NCBI GenBank assembly: GCA_902500205.1
Contig: GCA_902500205.1_4868.1
Length of the DNA stretch: 64,000 nt
Direction: 5' to 3' (one strand)
Source of the DNA: Escherichia coli
Lineage (GTDB): Bacteria > Pseudomonadota > Gammaproteobacteria > Enterobacterales > Enterobacteriaceae
This document shows positions 54,755 through 63,174 of the stretch, piece by piece. Below the pieces are notes generated by a model. It saw nothing but the letters and a program-made list of their open reading frames with translations, made no database searches and was not told the origin of the DNA. Numbering within the stretch: the first letter of the stretch is position 1; the number at the start of each line of letters is the position of its first letter. The translations under genes and the position numbers were made by a program.

Positions 54755-55687
54755 TTAGTGCGGTGTACTGGTGTCGTTGCCCGGACCATGGCCAGTATGT
54801 ACGTGAAGAGTAAAGGTGATGCCGCCGATAACCGATTCGGTAACTGTGAATGTGCCCTTACCTTCACCCTTGCCGTTATAGAGGAAATCTTTACCTACTT
54901 CCAGGTTACCGGTAAATAGATTCGTTGGACAATCGGTCTTCCAGTCTTCAGTCGTCCATGCCATGTTTTTCGACGCTGTAGAGTTGCGAGTTTCGCACTT
55001 CTCGTTAATCGTCTTTGTCTCGAGATTAATAGAACGTTTAGCATAAATGAAAGCGTCCTCTTTATTGATATTAATCTTCGACCGGCAGGCGTTTTCAAAC
55101 CCTAAATCATCCTCTGGAGAGTTGAGGTAGAACTTACGCCCTTCGTCATCCACCAACTGGCAAAACCCGTCACGGGTATTCAGCTGGAGCAGATACGCGT
55201 TTTTCTCACCGTTAGTCATACTGGTACGTAAAGTAACGTGACCATCCATCGGGGAGATATTCAGTACGTAGGCGTTAGAGAGGTCATCGGCCATCTGGTT
55301 TACTGGGTCAGCAGACCAGGCGTATACCCCATCTTCCAGTCGCTTAACGTTACTATTGTTTAAATCTTCCCAGAAGTACATATCGGTTTCACCGATACGC
55401 CAGATTCTTACGTAGTCTTCTTTTTTCACATCCGGAGGGTTAACCCGGTTGCTGTTGGACTTCATCCATTTTGCAGTGATGGCATTACCTTGCTTTACAG
55501 TAAGGTTGTCAGTACCACTTAAACTGTTGTGTTGCTTCTCTACAGGTGTCTCTGTTGCATCGACAGCTGTTGGATTAATAAAGTTAACTTCGATAGGGAT
55601 GACTTTAACTCGAGTGGCACCACGAGGTTTATCTTCCGCGACGATACCTATCGAGAAGATGTGCAACCCTGACTTAGATTTATTCAT
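54755..55687 (-). CDS. hypothetical protein (310 aa)
   Basis: ATG 6 nt after GGAGG on minus strand. Confidence 0.55.
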   Translation of the reverse strand: MNKSKSGLHIFSIGIVAEDKPRGATRVKVIPIEVNFINPTAVDATETPVEKQHNSLSGTDNLTVKQGNAITAKWMKSNSNRVNPPDVKKEDYVRIWRIGETDMYFWEDLNNSNVKRLEDGVYAWSADPVNQMADDLSNAYVLNISPMDGHVTLRTSMTNGEKNAYLLQLNTRDGFCQLVDDEGRKFYLNSPEDDLGFENACRSKININKEDAFIYAKRSINLETKTINEKCETRNSTASKNMAWTTEDWKTDCPTNLFTGNLEVGKDFLYNGKGEGKGTFTVTESVIGGITFTLHVHTGHGPGNDTSTPH

Positions 55688-55867
55688 ACCACCCTCCTCT
55701 CATACTACACTTTTTTACGTTTCGATCTCATCGTTTGACAATCGAGGAAAGTACGGGGGTAAGGGGGTTTATGTATTGGATGCGAACATAAACGGAGGTA
55801 TCCGTAGGATACCGACATCCTTTTTGTAGTTGACCTTGACTTCTAACCTAACGAGGAGTGCAGTACC

Positions 55868-56185
55868 ATGTCTTTATTTCAAACCATTAAAAGTGCATTA
55901 GAGCGTAATGATGCAGACAGTGCCTTTACTGCGTTACAGAAAGCCAGTAACGGGAAGCTAGACAGCGTCTTTGCTAACAATCAAAGAATGCGCTTTTACA
56001 AAGTCGGGGAAGTAGACCAGTTCTACGACGAACTGTTTACGGGAGTAGTGCAAAGCGCGGTATACGCCATACCGACTGAACAATTAAGTCAGTTTGAAAA
56101 AGGGATGCGTTACCAGCGGTTAAGTAACGACTACTCATTACTGAATCTGGCTATCGATGACTGCATCGTACTGGTTGTATACTAA
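55868..56185 (+). CDS. hypothetical protein (105 aa)
   Basis: ATG after GAGGAG. Confidence 0.5.
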   Translation: MSLFQTIKSALERNDADSAFTALQKASNGKLDSVFANNQRMRFYKVGEVDQFYDELFTGVVQSAVYAIPTEQLSQFEKGMRYQRLSNDYSLLNLAIDDCIVLVVY

Positions 56186-56187
56186 GT

Positions 56188-56217
56188 TTTTACAGATAGA
56201 TGTCATCTTAGTGAGCA
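56188..56217 (+). promoter_or_regulatory. conserved intergenic motif, copy D (TTTACAGATAGATGTCATCTTAGTGAGC)
   Basis: Related to copies C and E; followed by TGTGTATAAAC (extended -10-like) and a small hairpin before gene 56306. Confidence 0.35.
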
Positions 56218-56305
56218 TTGTGTATAAACCCACAGTCGCTTAAACACCAACTGTTCTTTAGTAACAGTTTTTGGTCACTTTAGTGTACTTTAAAGGAAAT
56301 ACCAA

Positions 56306-57544
56306 ATGTATAACGAATACGAATTAGTTTACCAGACACCGAAAGAAGCATTCTTTAATGCAGTAATTACTAACTCAATTGTACTGTTGGGAATGCAGTT
56401 CAATATTCGGAGTATGGCTTACAGCGACGTAACGTGGCAGGATTGTGCGTGCCTGCCACAAAAGCTCTCAACCGTTGTCGAAAAGCGGCTGCTTGACAAA
56501 GGGGAAGTAAAGTGCCGTTTAGGCCACCACGTCTCTGACTTAGCGCCGTGGGTTGAATTAACCATGACATTCGAAGGGGATACGCGGGTAGCTTACCTAT
56601 CGGGTAATCAAAACATCGGACGCGCCATTGCTGAGGGTAACACAATGTGGGTGCACTACATTCTTACTCTGCTGATCGATAAACCGGTGTTCGAGTTAAC
56701 ACCAGACATGCCTACACTAAGCGATAGCAACTGGTGGACTGGCGGAGAGCTGAATACAGGGTTTAATGAGAAATTACAAAACTTTAATTCAGAGCGGCTT
56801 GATGTTGATGCGGAAGTGTTGGTGCAGCAGTTCCCCGAATTCACTGCGTACCAAATTACTACCGTATGGAATAGAGCGGTAAGCAAGCGCAGATTCTACA
56901 CGAAAAACGCACCGCGTGAAGCAGCCAAACCTGTGGAAATTGACGAAGAGACCAAGGAAGCACTGCGTGATCTAGTCACCATAGCCAATGATAGCAATAT
57001 GATGTTCTGGACATCTGATGAAAACGCTAACCATTATTTCGGTGAGATGTTAGACGCCGATGTTTGGTCAGTAATGCCGATAACAGAGCCAGGAAACCTT
57101 AAAGATTACTATAAGGTCGAAAAGGATGAGGTGGTTAATGAGAAAGTCCTCACTCTTCTTGCTGTTTTCCGCGAAGTTATCCAGTCAGAAATACTGTTAA
57201 GCATCTATAAACGCAAGACCCCGGCCAGTGAAAATGACACGGCGTGGGTATTTGACTGCCGACCGACAAATACAATATCGCCTGCGTTCTGGATACAGGT
57301 GACAGGAAAGCTGCAGCGTGTGAACAGTTATGTTGTTTCTCGCCTGCCAGATTCTGAAATGCGCTCCGTTGCCGAACCTGCTTATTTGATGTCGGCGAAG
57401 GCGGTACGGGATGCGTGGGGTACCAACGAACTGAAACAATGGCATTACGACGCTATCATCAAATGGGGTGTTAACAATGGCTGGAAAGAAGTGACTAAGT
57501 ACGGCCGTCAACTGTTGTTTGTCGCTGATTTGCGTTTACTGTAA
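56306..57544 (+). CDS. hypothetical protein (412 aa)
   Basis: ATG after AAAGGAAATACCAA. Confidence 0.6.
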   Translation: MYNEYELVYQTPKEAFFNAVITNSIVLLGMQFNIRSMAYSDVTWQDCACLPQKLSTVVEKRLLDKGEVKCRLGHHVSDLAPWVELTMTFEGDTRVAYLSGNQNIGRAIAEGNTMWVHYILTLLIDKPVFELTPDMPTLSDSNWWTGGELNTGFNEKLQNFNSERLDVDAEVLVQQFPEFTAYQITTVWNRAVSKRRFYTKNAPREAAKPVEIDEETKEALRDLVTIANDSNMMFWTSDENANHYFGEMLDADVWSVMPITEPGNLKDYYKVEKDEVVNEKVLTLLAVFREVIQSEILLSIYKRKTPASENDTAWVFDCRPTNTISPAFWIQVTGKLQRVNSYVVSRLPDSEMRSVAEPAYLMSAKAVRDAWGTNELKQWHYDAIIKWGVNNGWKEVTKYGRQLLFVADLRLL

Positions 57545-57552
57545 TCTCGTCA

Positions 57553-57585
57553 TCGGGGGTCTTGTACCCCCTTCTTATTTTTTAA
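57553..57585 (+). terminator. intrinsic terminator
   Basis: GGGGGT-CTTGT-ACCCCC followed by TTCTTATTTTTT. Confidence 0.65.
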
Positions 57586-57604
57586 CCGTAAAGAGTATTT
57601 AACC

Positions 57605-58186
57605 ATGCCACAACCAATTATTGAACAACATGAAATGAACTACGAAGAACTGACCCGCCGCTATCGCGTGAAAGCCCCACGGGTAGTAGAAGGTTGCGAG
57701 AAATACAAAGAAGCAGACTTCGTGGTATTCCAACGCGAAGGTGTTCCGATGTTGGTGTTCGTAAAACACGTCACCACCGATAACGACGACCGTCTAGTGA
57801 TGCTGTATAACGTGATGGCTACCGTACTAGATACTGATATTGGGTTGTTACGTCGTTATAAATCATCCTACGAACAAAAAGCGAAGGTGGTTGCTTTTGA
57901 CTTACCACGCACGGTACTAGTAGATGGTTCCCGTCCGGCTATTCTTCGTTTTACGAAAAGCGAAGACGACAGTAACCCAGCGCATACTGTTCAGCCACTA
58001 ACGCTGTCGCAAGATACGTTACAGCAGAACGGCGGGATGGATTGGCTAAACGTCATGTTACCGGGCCTAGCTGAAGGTCAGGAACTGCATCTGGTTTGCT
58101 ACACCCCATCCGTTGAGCACACCTATGCGCGTTACCTTACCGAAGAACACGGTTTCCGTAACCACCGTGGTATTTACATTGCGTAA
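57605..58186 (+). CDS. hypothetical protein (193 aa)
   Basis: Complete ORF after the terminator. Confidence 0.5.
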   Translation: MPQPIIEQHEMNYEELTRRYRVKAPRVVEGCEKYKEADFVVFQREGVPMLVFVKHVTTDNDDRLVMLYNVMATVLDTDIGLLRRYKSSYEQKAKVVAFDLPRTVLVDGSRPAILRFTKSEDDSNPAHTVQPLTLSQDTLQQNGGMDWLNVMLPGLAEGQELHLVCYTPSVEHTYARYLTEEHGFRNHRGIYIA

Positions 58187-58195
58187 GGTGAGTGT

Positions 58196-58759
58196 ATGTC
58201 CCGTTTACTAGAAATTCGAAACGATATCTGGCAAGAGCACATCCGCAACGATCCGGAGTGGGAAGGAGTTGAAAGTGATTTACCGGATAACCCCGACCAG
58301 CTGTTGGTGTTCCTTTATAGCGATAAAGCCAAACAGATCAAGGGGATATTTGAACGCAAAACGACAAGCTTGTCGACCTTACTGAGCTGCATTTGCTGTG
58401 GCGTCAGTGAGCTTGATCCCAATCTATTCACCAACTATCTTGCGCGTAAAGTCCGTACACCGCTACTGGAGGTTACACTCCCGCCAGATATTCGTATCAG
58501 TAAAACCGTACCGACCGTTTTGCGTTTACAGGATGTGTCTGGTAGTAGCGACGACGGGGAAACAACGATTACCCTTTCCTCGTCAGAGGGTGAACTCGCA
58601 ACCGAATCGTTTCTTAGCGAAGTCGAGGCCGGATTAAAGCAGGACGTAATCGTCTATAATCTCGGCGGTGTGCCCATTGAACCCATTTTACACTTCTTTG
58701 AAAGCCAAACCTGCCATCTTGTAGAAAGCTTAACATACCACTTTAAAGGAGCTTTATGA
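58196..58759 (+). CDS. hypothetical protein (187 aa)
   Basis: ATG after AAGGTGAG. Confidence 0.5.
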   Translation: MSRLLEIRNDIWQEHIRNDPEWEGVESDLPDNPDQLLVFLYSDKAKQIKGIFERKTTSLSTLLSCICCGVSELDPNLFTNYLARKVRTPLLEVTLPPDIRISKTVPTVLRLQDVSGSSDDGETTITLSSSEGELATESFLSEVEAGLKQDVIVYNLGGVPIEPILHFFESQTCHLVESLTYHFKGAL

Positions 58760-59286
58760 TGAAACTCGAAGGCTACGTTGTTACTGATAAACCTTTTGCT
58801 GAAGCCAACCTGTCGCGTTCACAGGTTGTTTATAAAGACATCGATGTGCCTGCCGAAATCGTTAAAGCGAATCCCAGCTGGCTAATCAACCACGTTTCTT
58901 TGGAAATCACCAATCCGTTTATCAACGATCCAACCGACCCATTTGTCGACATGGGTAATTTCCGCGATATTCTTTCCCCGCATCAATACCAGACAGTGGC
59001 ACAGAAGAAAGGGAACTTGCTCACCGAAACGAATGAGTGGGAGCGTATCCAAGAGCGTCATCCTGAAAAGGGTTTAATGGAAATTTATCACCAACACCCT
59101 AAAGAGTTTGACAAATTACCCCTGTGGGCATCGGTGGCGTATAACTGCAGTGGGATATATGACCATCTGTTGCTGAGCGGATACGATGGCGCAATACACG
59201 CAGCCGAAGGCCCGCACACGCCGGTGACTGCTTATCACACATTTCACCCAGCGCGCATCACTTTCATCGAAACGTTGAGTGTGTAG
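58756..59286 (+). CDS. hypothetical protein (176 aa)
   Basis: ATG after AAAGGAG, overlaps upstream stop. Confidence 0.55.
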   Translation: MMKLEGYVVTDKPFAEANLSRSQVVYKDIDVPAEIVKANPSWLINHVSLEITNPFINDPTDPFVDMGNFRDILSPHQYQTVAQKKGNLLTETNEWERIQERHPEKGLMEIYHQHPKEFDKLPLWASVAYNCSGIYDHLLLSGYDGAIHAAEGPHTPVTAYHTFHPARITFIETLSV

Positions 59287-59291
59287 TTTAT

Positions 59292-59334
59292 CTCCAGTAA
59301 CCACGAGGGTTACTGGAGTCCTCTTATTTTTTAC
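59292..59334 (+). terminator. intrinsic terminator
   Basis: 11-bp stem CTCCAGTAACC / GGTTACTGGAG with loop ACGAG followed by TCCTCTTATTTTTT. Confidence 0.75.
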
Positions 59335-59365
59335 ACTTAACTCAAATTAATTTGAGGTGTGGTAT

Positions 59366-59953
59366 ATGACAGAACGTATTTTACGACTGCAAGAGAACAG
59401 GTTAGAAGACCTGCACGTAATGCGTAGTCGTGGCTTGTTTCCGGTGGGGCTTGATGTGAGTGGATTATTAACTGCCGCAGAGCACGGGGACAAGGTCATT
59501 ACAATGCATTCACGTGGGAACGAAGTGGTCTCTGCGATTTTCATCGATAAGGTTATTCCGGACTCGGAAAGTGGTAAGGTGGCGGGACACATCATTTACG
59601 AATACTTTCGCAGCATTCTATACGAGGAAAAGATAAATGTCAAAACTTTTATGGAGTACGCTAAGCGAAATAACTACATCGATGCGCGACTGATGGTCAC
59701 GGAAGGCACCCCAACTATAAACGGTAAAGTCCACCATCGTTTACTTGGAGCACAGTTGCCGAGACTAGGCGAGATACCAACGACGATAGAGCTGCACCAA
59801 AAAACAGATTGGCGACACAAAATCGAAGTGCTTCACAAGCTTTACGATTTATCGATCGTTCAAATCAAACTGGTGGACTTTACGCCTGCAAATATGCAAA
59901 TCGCTAAGCGCGCGTTGGGTTTTCGTATTCTTAACACAACCTTCACATTGTAA
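59366..59953 (+). CDS. hypothetical protein (195 aa)
   Basis: ATG 59366 after GAGGTG that lies inside a conserved CTCAAA..TTTGAG hairpin. Confidence 0.5.
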   Translation: MTERILRLQENRLEDLHVMRSRGLFPVGLDVSGLLTAAEHGDKVITMHSRGNEVVSAIFIDKVIPDSESGKVAGHIIYEYFRSILYEEKINVKTFMEYAKRNNYIDARLMVTEGTPTINGKVHHRLLGAQLPRLGEIPTTIELHQKTDWRHKIEVLHKLYDLSIVQIKLVDFTPANMQIAKRALGFRILNTTFTL

Positions 59954-59956
59954 AAT

Positions 59957-59990
59957 ATCTCAGATATATATTACCTAGGTGAGAGTTAAG
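59957..59990 (+). promoter_or_regulatory. conserved intergenic motif, copy B (ATCTCAGATATATATTACCTAGGTGAGAGTTAAG)
   Basis: Near-identical to copy A; followed by GAGTTAAgagaTTAACTC palindrome and then a terminator-like hairpin. Confidence 0.4.
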
Positions 59991-60002
59991 AGATTAACTC
60001 AA

Positions 60003-60033
60003 TGGCTACCTTCGGGTAGCCTATTCTTTTTTA
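60003..60033 (+). terminator. intrinsic terminator-like hairpin (UUCG tetraloop) downstream of motif B
   Basis: GGCTACC-TTCG-GGTAGCC followed by TATTCTTTTTT. Confidence 0.65.
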
Positions 60034-60057
60034 AACCAATCGACTATAGAGTAAAAC

Positions 60058-60459
60058 ATGACTATCAAGAAGTTCTTACAAACAGTAGTAGTTCTGGCCG
60101 CATGTGGCATCGCAGCAACTTATGCTTTCGATAAGCCAGACGTGACTGAATACGTATCTGCGGATTCCGATTACGGTATTGCACCGAATGAAAAACCGGA
60201 ACTGATGCGTGAGGTCGAACAGTTACAAATCTACAAACTGACGGATGGTAAGAACTGCACAGGGCTGGTTATCGCTGATAAGAAACTGAAAATGTATCAG
60301 CGATTAACCGACATATCGTGCGATCAACCAAAAGTCACTTCGGTCAGCGTATCGCCGTTGGAATTACCAGATCTGGTTGCTGTGAGTTTTTATCACAACG
60401 ATGTGCTCGTTGGTCGCATCACCCTCATTCGTGGAGATATCAAAAATGAAATGCAATAA
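60058..60459 (+). CDS. secreted protein, probable lipoprotein (133 aa)
   Basis: N-terminus MTIKKFLQTVVVLAACGIAATYA: hydrophobic core with L-A-A-C lipobox-like sequence. Confidence 0.55.
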   Translation: MTIKKFLQTVVVLAACGIAATYAFDKPDVTEYVSADSDYGIAPNEKPELMREVEQLQIYKLTDGKNCTGLVIADKKLKMYQRLTDISCDQPKVTSVSVSPLELPDLVAVSFYHNDVLVGRITLIRGDIKNEMQ

Positions 60460-60937
60460 CGTTAATCACCACTTGGCCAAAGTGGTGCTTTTTACTGTGC
60501 TGTTGATGGCACTTGTTGTTGGGCTACGGATTTCTAAGGCGCACGCTGACGAATTCAGCGGGTTCCAGGGCAGTATTAACGGCAGCATTCCAGCATATAC
60601 CCGCACCATCAATCTTAATGATAAGCCGTTCTGGTGCAATGCGCGTAAGCTGCTTAAGAAACAGTGTCGTGTAGTTGACATATCCTTCAACGGACGTGTC
60701 GCTATCGTACACCGTCCGGGCGATAAAGATTGCCCAGGTGGTTGGTGGGGTGCAGTCGACCGTCACAACGGTGACGCGTTATGGCTTATCCCTAATCGTG
60801 ATGAACTATCAGTGGAGAAAATTTGCAGCAAAGATTTCAGGGCCGGTTTTGTACAGCGACCTGATACCAAAACTCTGGCCTCCATCGCTATGTACTACGG
60901 TATGGAAACCATCAAAACAATCGACTATTCAGAATAA
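60446..60937 (+). CDS. secreted Cys-containing protein (163 aa)
   Basis: ATG 60446 after GGAGA; signal-peptide-like MKCNNVNHHLAKVVLFTVLLMALVVGLRISKAHA; six Cys in mature part. Confidence 0.5.
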   Translation: MKCNNVNHHLAKVVLFTVLLMALVVGLRISKAHADEFSGFQGSINGSIPAYTRTINLNDKPFWCNARKLLKKQCRVVDISFNGRVAIVHRPGDKDCPGGWWGAVDRHNGDALWLIPNRDELSVEKICSKDFRAGFVQRPDTKTLASIAMYYGMETIKTIDYSE

Positions 60938-60959
60938 CTCAAAAAATTGAGGTGCTATT

Positions 60960-61370
60960 ATGAAACATTTTTTATTACCAGTTTTACTTGCTACTCTGGC
61001 CATTAGCTTCTTCGCTCGTGCTGGAAGTATCGAGTTACCAAAAGTTGTTAACGATCACGAATACGGCGGAGAGTTCTGGTGCCAGAACTCTGACGTACAA
61101 GGCGGTAGCTGCCAGATCGTTGCGATGTCCGATAACAACCGTTACCTGTTAGTGAAAACGATGGGCGGTGTCGCATGTGGCGACCCTGAATACGGGGTTA
61201 TTAACATGGCAACCGGGCAAGCCGAATCCATGAACTATAATGATAACCAAGCCTGCAGTGGTGAAGCCGTTGCTGAGTTTACACGCGACCCAGGCGACAA
61301 TGCCCTGACGGTTATCATGTACGACCCTACGATTAAGAAAAACGTAGGCATCAATAAACTCGACTTTTAA
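60960..61370 (+). CDS. secreted small protein (136 aa)
   Basis: Signal-peptide-like MKHFLLPVLLATLAISFFARA; RBS GAGGTG within conserved hairpin; Cys-containing mature region. Confidence 0.55.
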   Translation: MKHFLLPVLLATLAISFFARAGSIELPKVVNDHEYGGEFWCQNSDVQGGSCQIVAMSDNNRYLLVKTMGGVACGDPEYGVINMATGQAESMNYNDNQACSGEAVAEFTRDPGDNALTVIMYDPTIKKNVGINKLDF

Positions 61371-61383
61371 GTAAGGAAACAAC

Positions 61384-61767
61384 ATGCGTGGATTTATGGG
61401 TATTATCGCGGCGGTGTTCTTGACCGCTTCCGCTTCAGCTACAACCAGCGTAGAAGATTTACTGCCGGGCACACCGTATCAGTACAACCCGCCTTCATTC
61501 GAAGTCTGTACTGGCGACGATGGCAGATGTGAAGAAGTCAGCCGTCACGACGAGTATATCCTGGTCCACGCAAAGGGCGAGGAAACTTGTCCGGCTGGTT
61601 ACTACTTCTTGTTGAACTCAAAGGCACAAGAGATTGTGCCGGTAGAGACAATAACGTGCGACCCGACGCTTCGCGCGTCGCTCGCTTACAATACGAAAAC
61701 CAAACAGCGCCTCCTGGTTATTGAACAACAAGGCGAAGTGCGTGGTTCAATAGCGCTCGACCAGTAA
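61384..61767 (+). CDS. secreted small protein (127 aa)
   Basis: Signal-peptide-like MRGFMGIIAAVFLTASASA; Cys spacing loosely parallel to the preceding gene. Confidence 0.55.
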   Translation: MRGFMGIIAAVFLTASASATTSVEDLLPGTPYQYNPPSFEVCTGDDGRCEEVSRHDEYILVHAKGEETCPAGYYFLLNSKAQEIVPVETITCDPTLRASLAYNTKTKQRLLVIEQQGEVRGSIALDQ

Positions 61768-61775
61768 CCGAAAAG

Positions 61776-61804
61776 TTTTCAGACAGATGTTATAACGTGA
61801 GATG
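61776..61804 (+). promoter_or_regulatory. conserved intergenic motif, copy E (TTTTCAGACAGATGTTATAACGTGAGATG)
   Basis: Related to copies C and D; followed by hairpin GTGAGATG-ACGACC-CATCTCAC. Confidence 0.35.
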
Positions 61805-61813
61805 ACGACCCAT

Positions 61814-61867
61814 CTCACTTTGGCCCTGCGGTGATTTCCCCAACACTTAGCCGCAGGGTCCTTTTTA
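61814..61867 (+). terminator. intrinsic terminator-like hairpin with long loop
   Basis: CCCTGCGG ... CCGCAGGG followed by TCCTTTTT. Confidence 0.5.
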
Positions 61868-61896
61868 ATCGACTATTACCCGTAAGGATTAAGCAA

Positions 61897-62397
61897 ATGA
61901 ACATGAACATTCTCGACGATACCCGTTCTTCTTTCTTTACTCAGATGAACGTTAACCCTGAACGTACCCGTGCTATTCTTTCTACTGGTTGGAAGTTGAA
62001 GTTGTTAGGCGAGTTAACCCTCAATCGCACCGACTGGCCAGCAGAAGCAACCGTACTGATTAACAGCATTCACAGCGAGTGGCTAGATGCTGCGTTGAAT
62101 GCCCCACAACTACGTCCGTACTATCGGATGCTTCACGCGGGATATGAAGTATACCGCAAAGGTTGGTACGATGCAGCCACATATTGCAACATCCCTGGAG
62201 GTCGTGAAGACAACACCGTCGACCACGTATTAGTGAATAACTTCTGGGGCGACCAAATTGAGGTCTTACAACTCTCTACCGGTGACCGTATTCCGGCCTG
62301 TGAGTTATTCGAAACTAACGCACAAATGTACGAACCGTATGCAATGATTCGTGGCCATAAGGTCCCAATCATTTCCCTTATGCATATGGGGCTGTAA
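61897..62397 (+). CDS. hypothetical protein (166 aa)
   Basis: ATG 61897 (MNMNILDD..) 8 nt after AAGGA; the longer ORF-track start lies inside the terminator region. Confidence 0.5.
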   Translation: MNMNILDDTRSSFFTQMNVNPERTRAILSTGWKLKLLGELTLNRTDWPAEATVLINSIHSEWLDAALNAPQLRPYYRMLHAGYEVYRKGWYDAATYCNIPGGREDNTVDHVLVNNFWGDQIEVLQLSTGDRIPACELFETNAQMYEPYAMIRGHKVPIISLMHMGL

Positions 62398-62404
62398 ATA
62401 CGAG

Positions 62405-62434
62405 AGGTAGCCTACGGGCTACCTTCTTTTTTTG
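62405..62434 (+). terminator. intrinsic terminator
   Basis: GGTAGCC-TACG-GGCTACC followed by TTCTTTTTTTG. Confidence 0.75.
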
Positions 62435-62451
62435 TTGAAGAAGGATTAAAC

Positions 62452-63078
62452 ATGAACGAGATTACCCTGATTCGTTTCATCGACGACATGGTGACGTGTC
62501 AGAAAGCGAATCGTCGGGATACCAAACTGCGTATCAATCTGATGGAAGAAGAGGTAGAAGGGTTTCTGGAATACCCGCGATTGGTGAAGTGGTTTAAAGA
62601 AGCACTGCCGCGTAGCTGGGAACAGCTAGAAGCGTGGTTTGCTCTACCTATTGCAGAACGTAACCCTAACAATACGATCTTTACCGGAACCACTGCATTA
62701 GATTTGGCTGGTTCGGTGGAGCAACCTAAACGTTTGGTTTTCTTCTACGTCAATGGCGATTCAATAATGGCTGATACAGTTAACTGGATTTCTGATGAGT
62801 TGACTGTAAACACCACTTTGGTCGGTAGCGCTGCTGATGCCTGGGTTGTTGGTCAGCACCAATCGCAACCGTACGAAGAAATCAAAACCGGTTATTTAAT
62901 CCCGATATATCTCGACGGCGTGGCACCCGGTCGTAGTGCCGAACTGTTCAAATTCCTGCTTACTGAAACGTTAAAGGTTGTCGATTCTGATGCCGGGCGG
63001 GCGTGGTATGAATTAACCAAAGAGCGCACCGATAGTTTTTGGGAATCACTCGGACACCGTAAGTTTATTCCGCAATAA
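62452..63078 (+). CDS. hypothetical protein (208 aa)
   Basis: ATG after GAAGGATTAAAC. Confidence 0.55.
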   Translation: MNEITLIRFIDDMVTCQKANRRDTKLRINLMEEEVEGFLEYPRLVKWFKEALPRSWEQLEAWFALPIAERNPNNTIFTGTTALDLAGSVEQPKRLVFFYVNGDSIMADTVNWISDELTVNTTLVGSAADAWVVGQHQSQPYEEIKTGYLIPIYLDGVAPGRSAELFKFLLTETLKVVDSDAGRAWYELTKERTDSFWESLGHRKFIPQ

Positions 63079-63088
63079 CTCTCCTCTC

Positions 63089-63123
63089 TGGAACCCTTCG
63101 GGGTTCCATTTCTTCTTTTTTAC
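63089..63123 (+). terminator. intrinsic terminator (UUCG tetraloop)
   Basis: GGAACCC-TTCG-GGGTTCC followed by ATTTCTTCTTTTTT. Confidence 0.75.
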
Positions 63124-63174
63124 GCATGACCTTTTGGATATGAACGACTAATACTTTCTCATTAGAAGGCAAAC

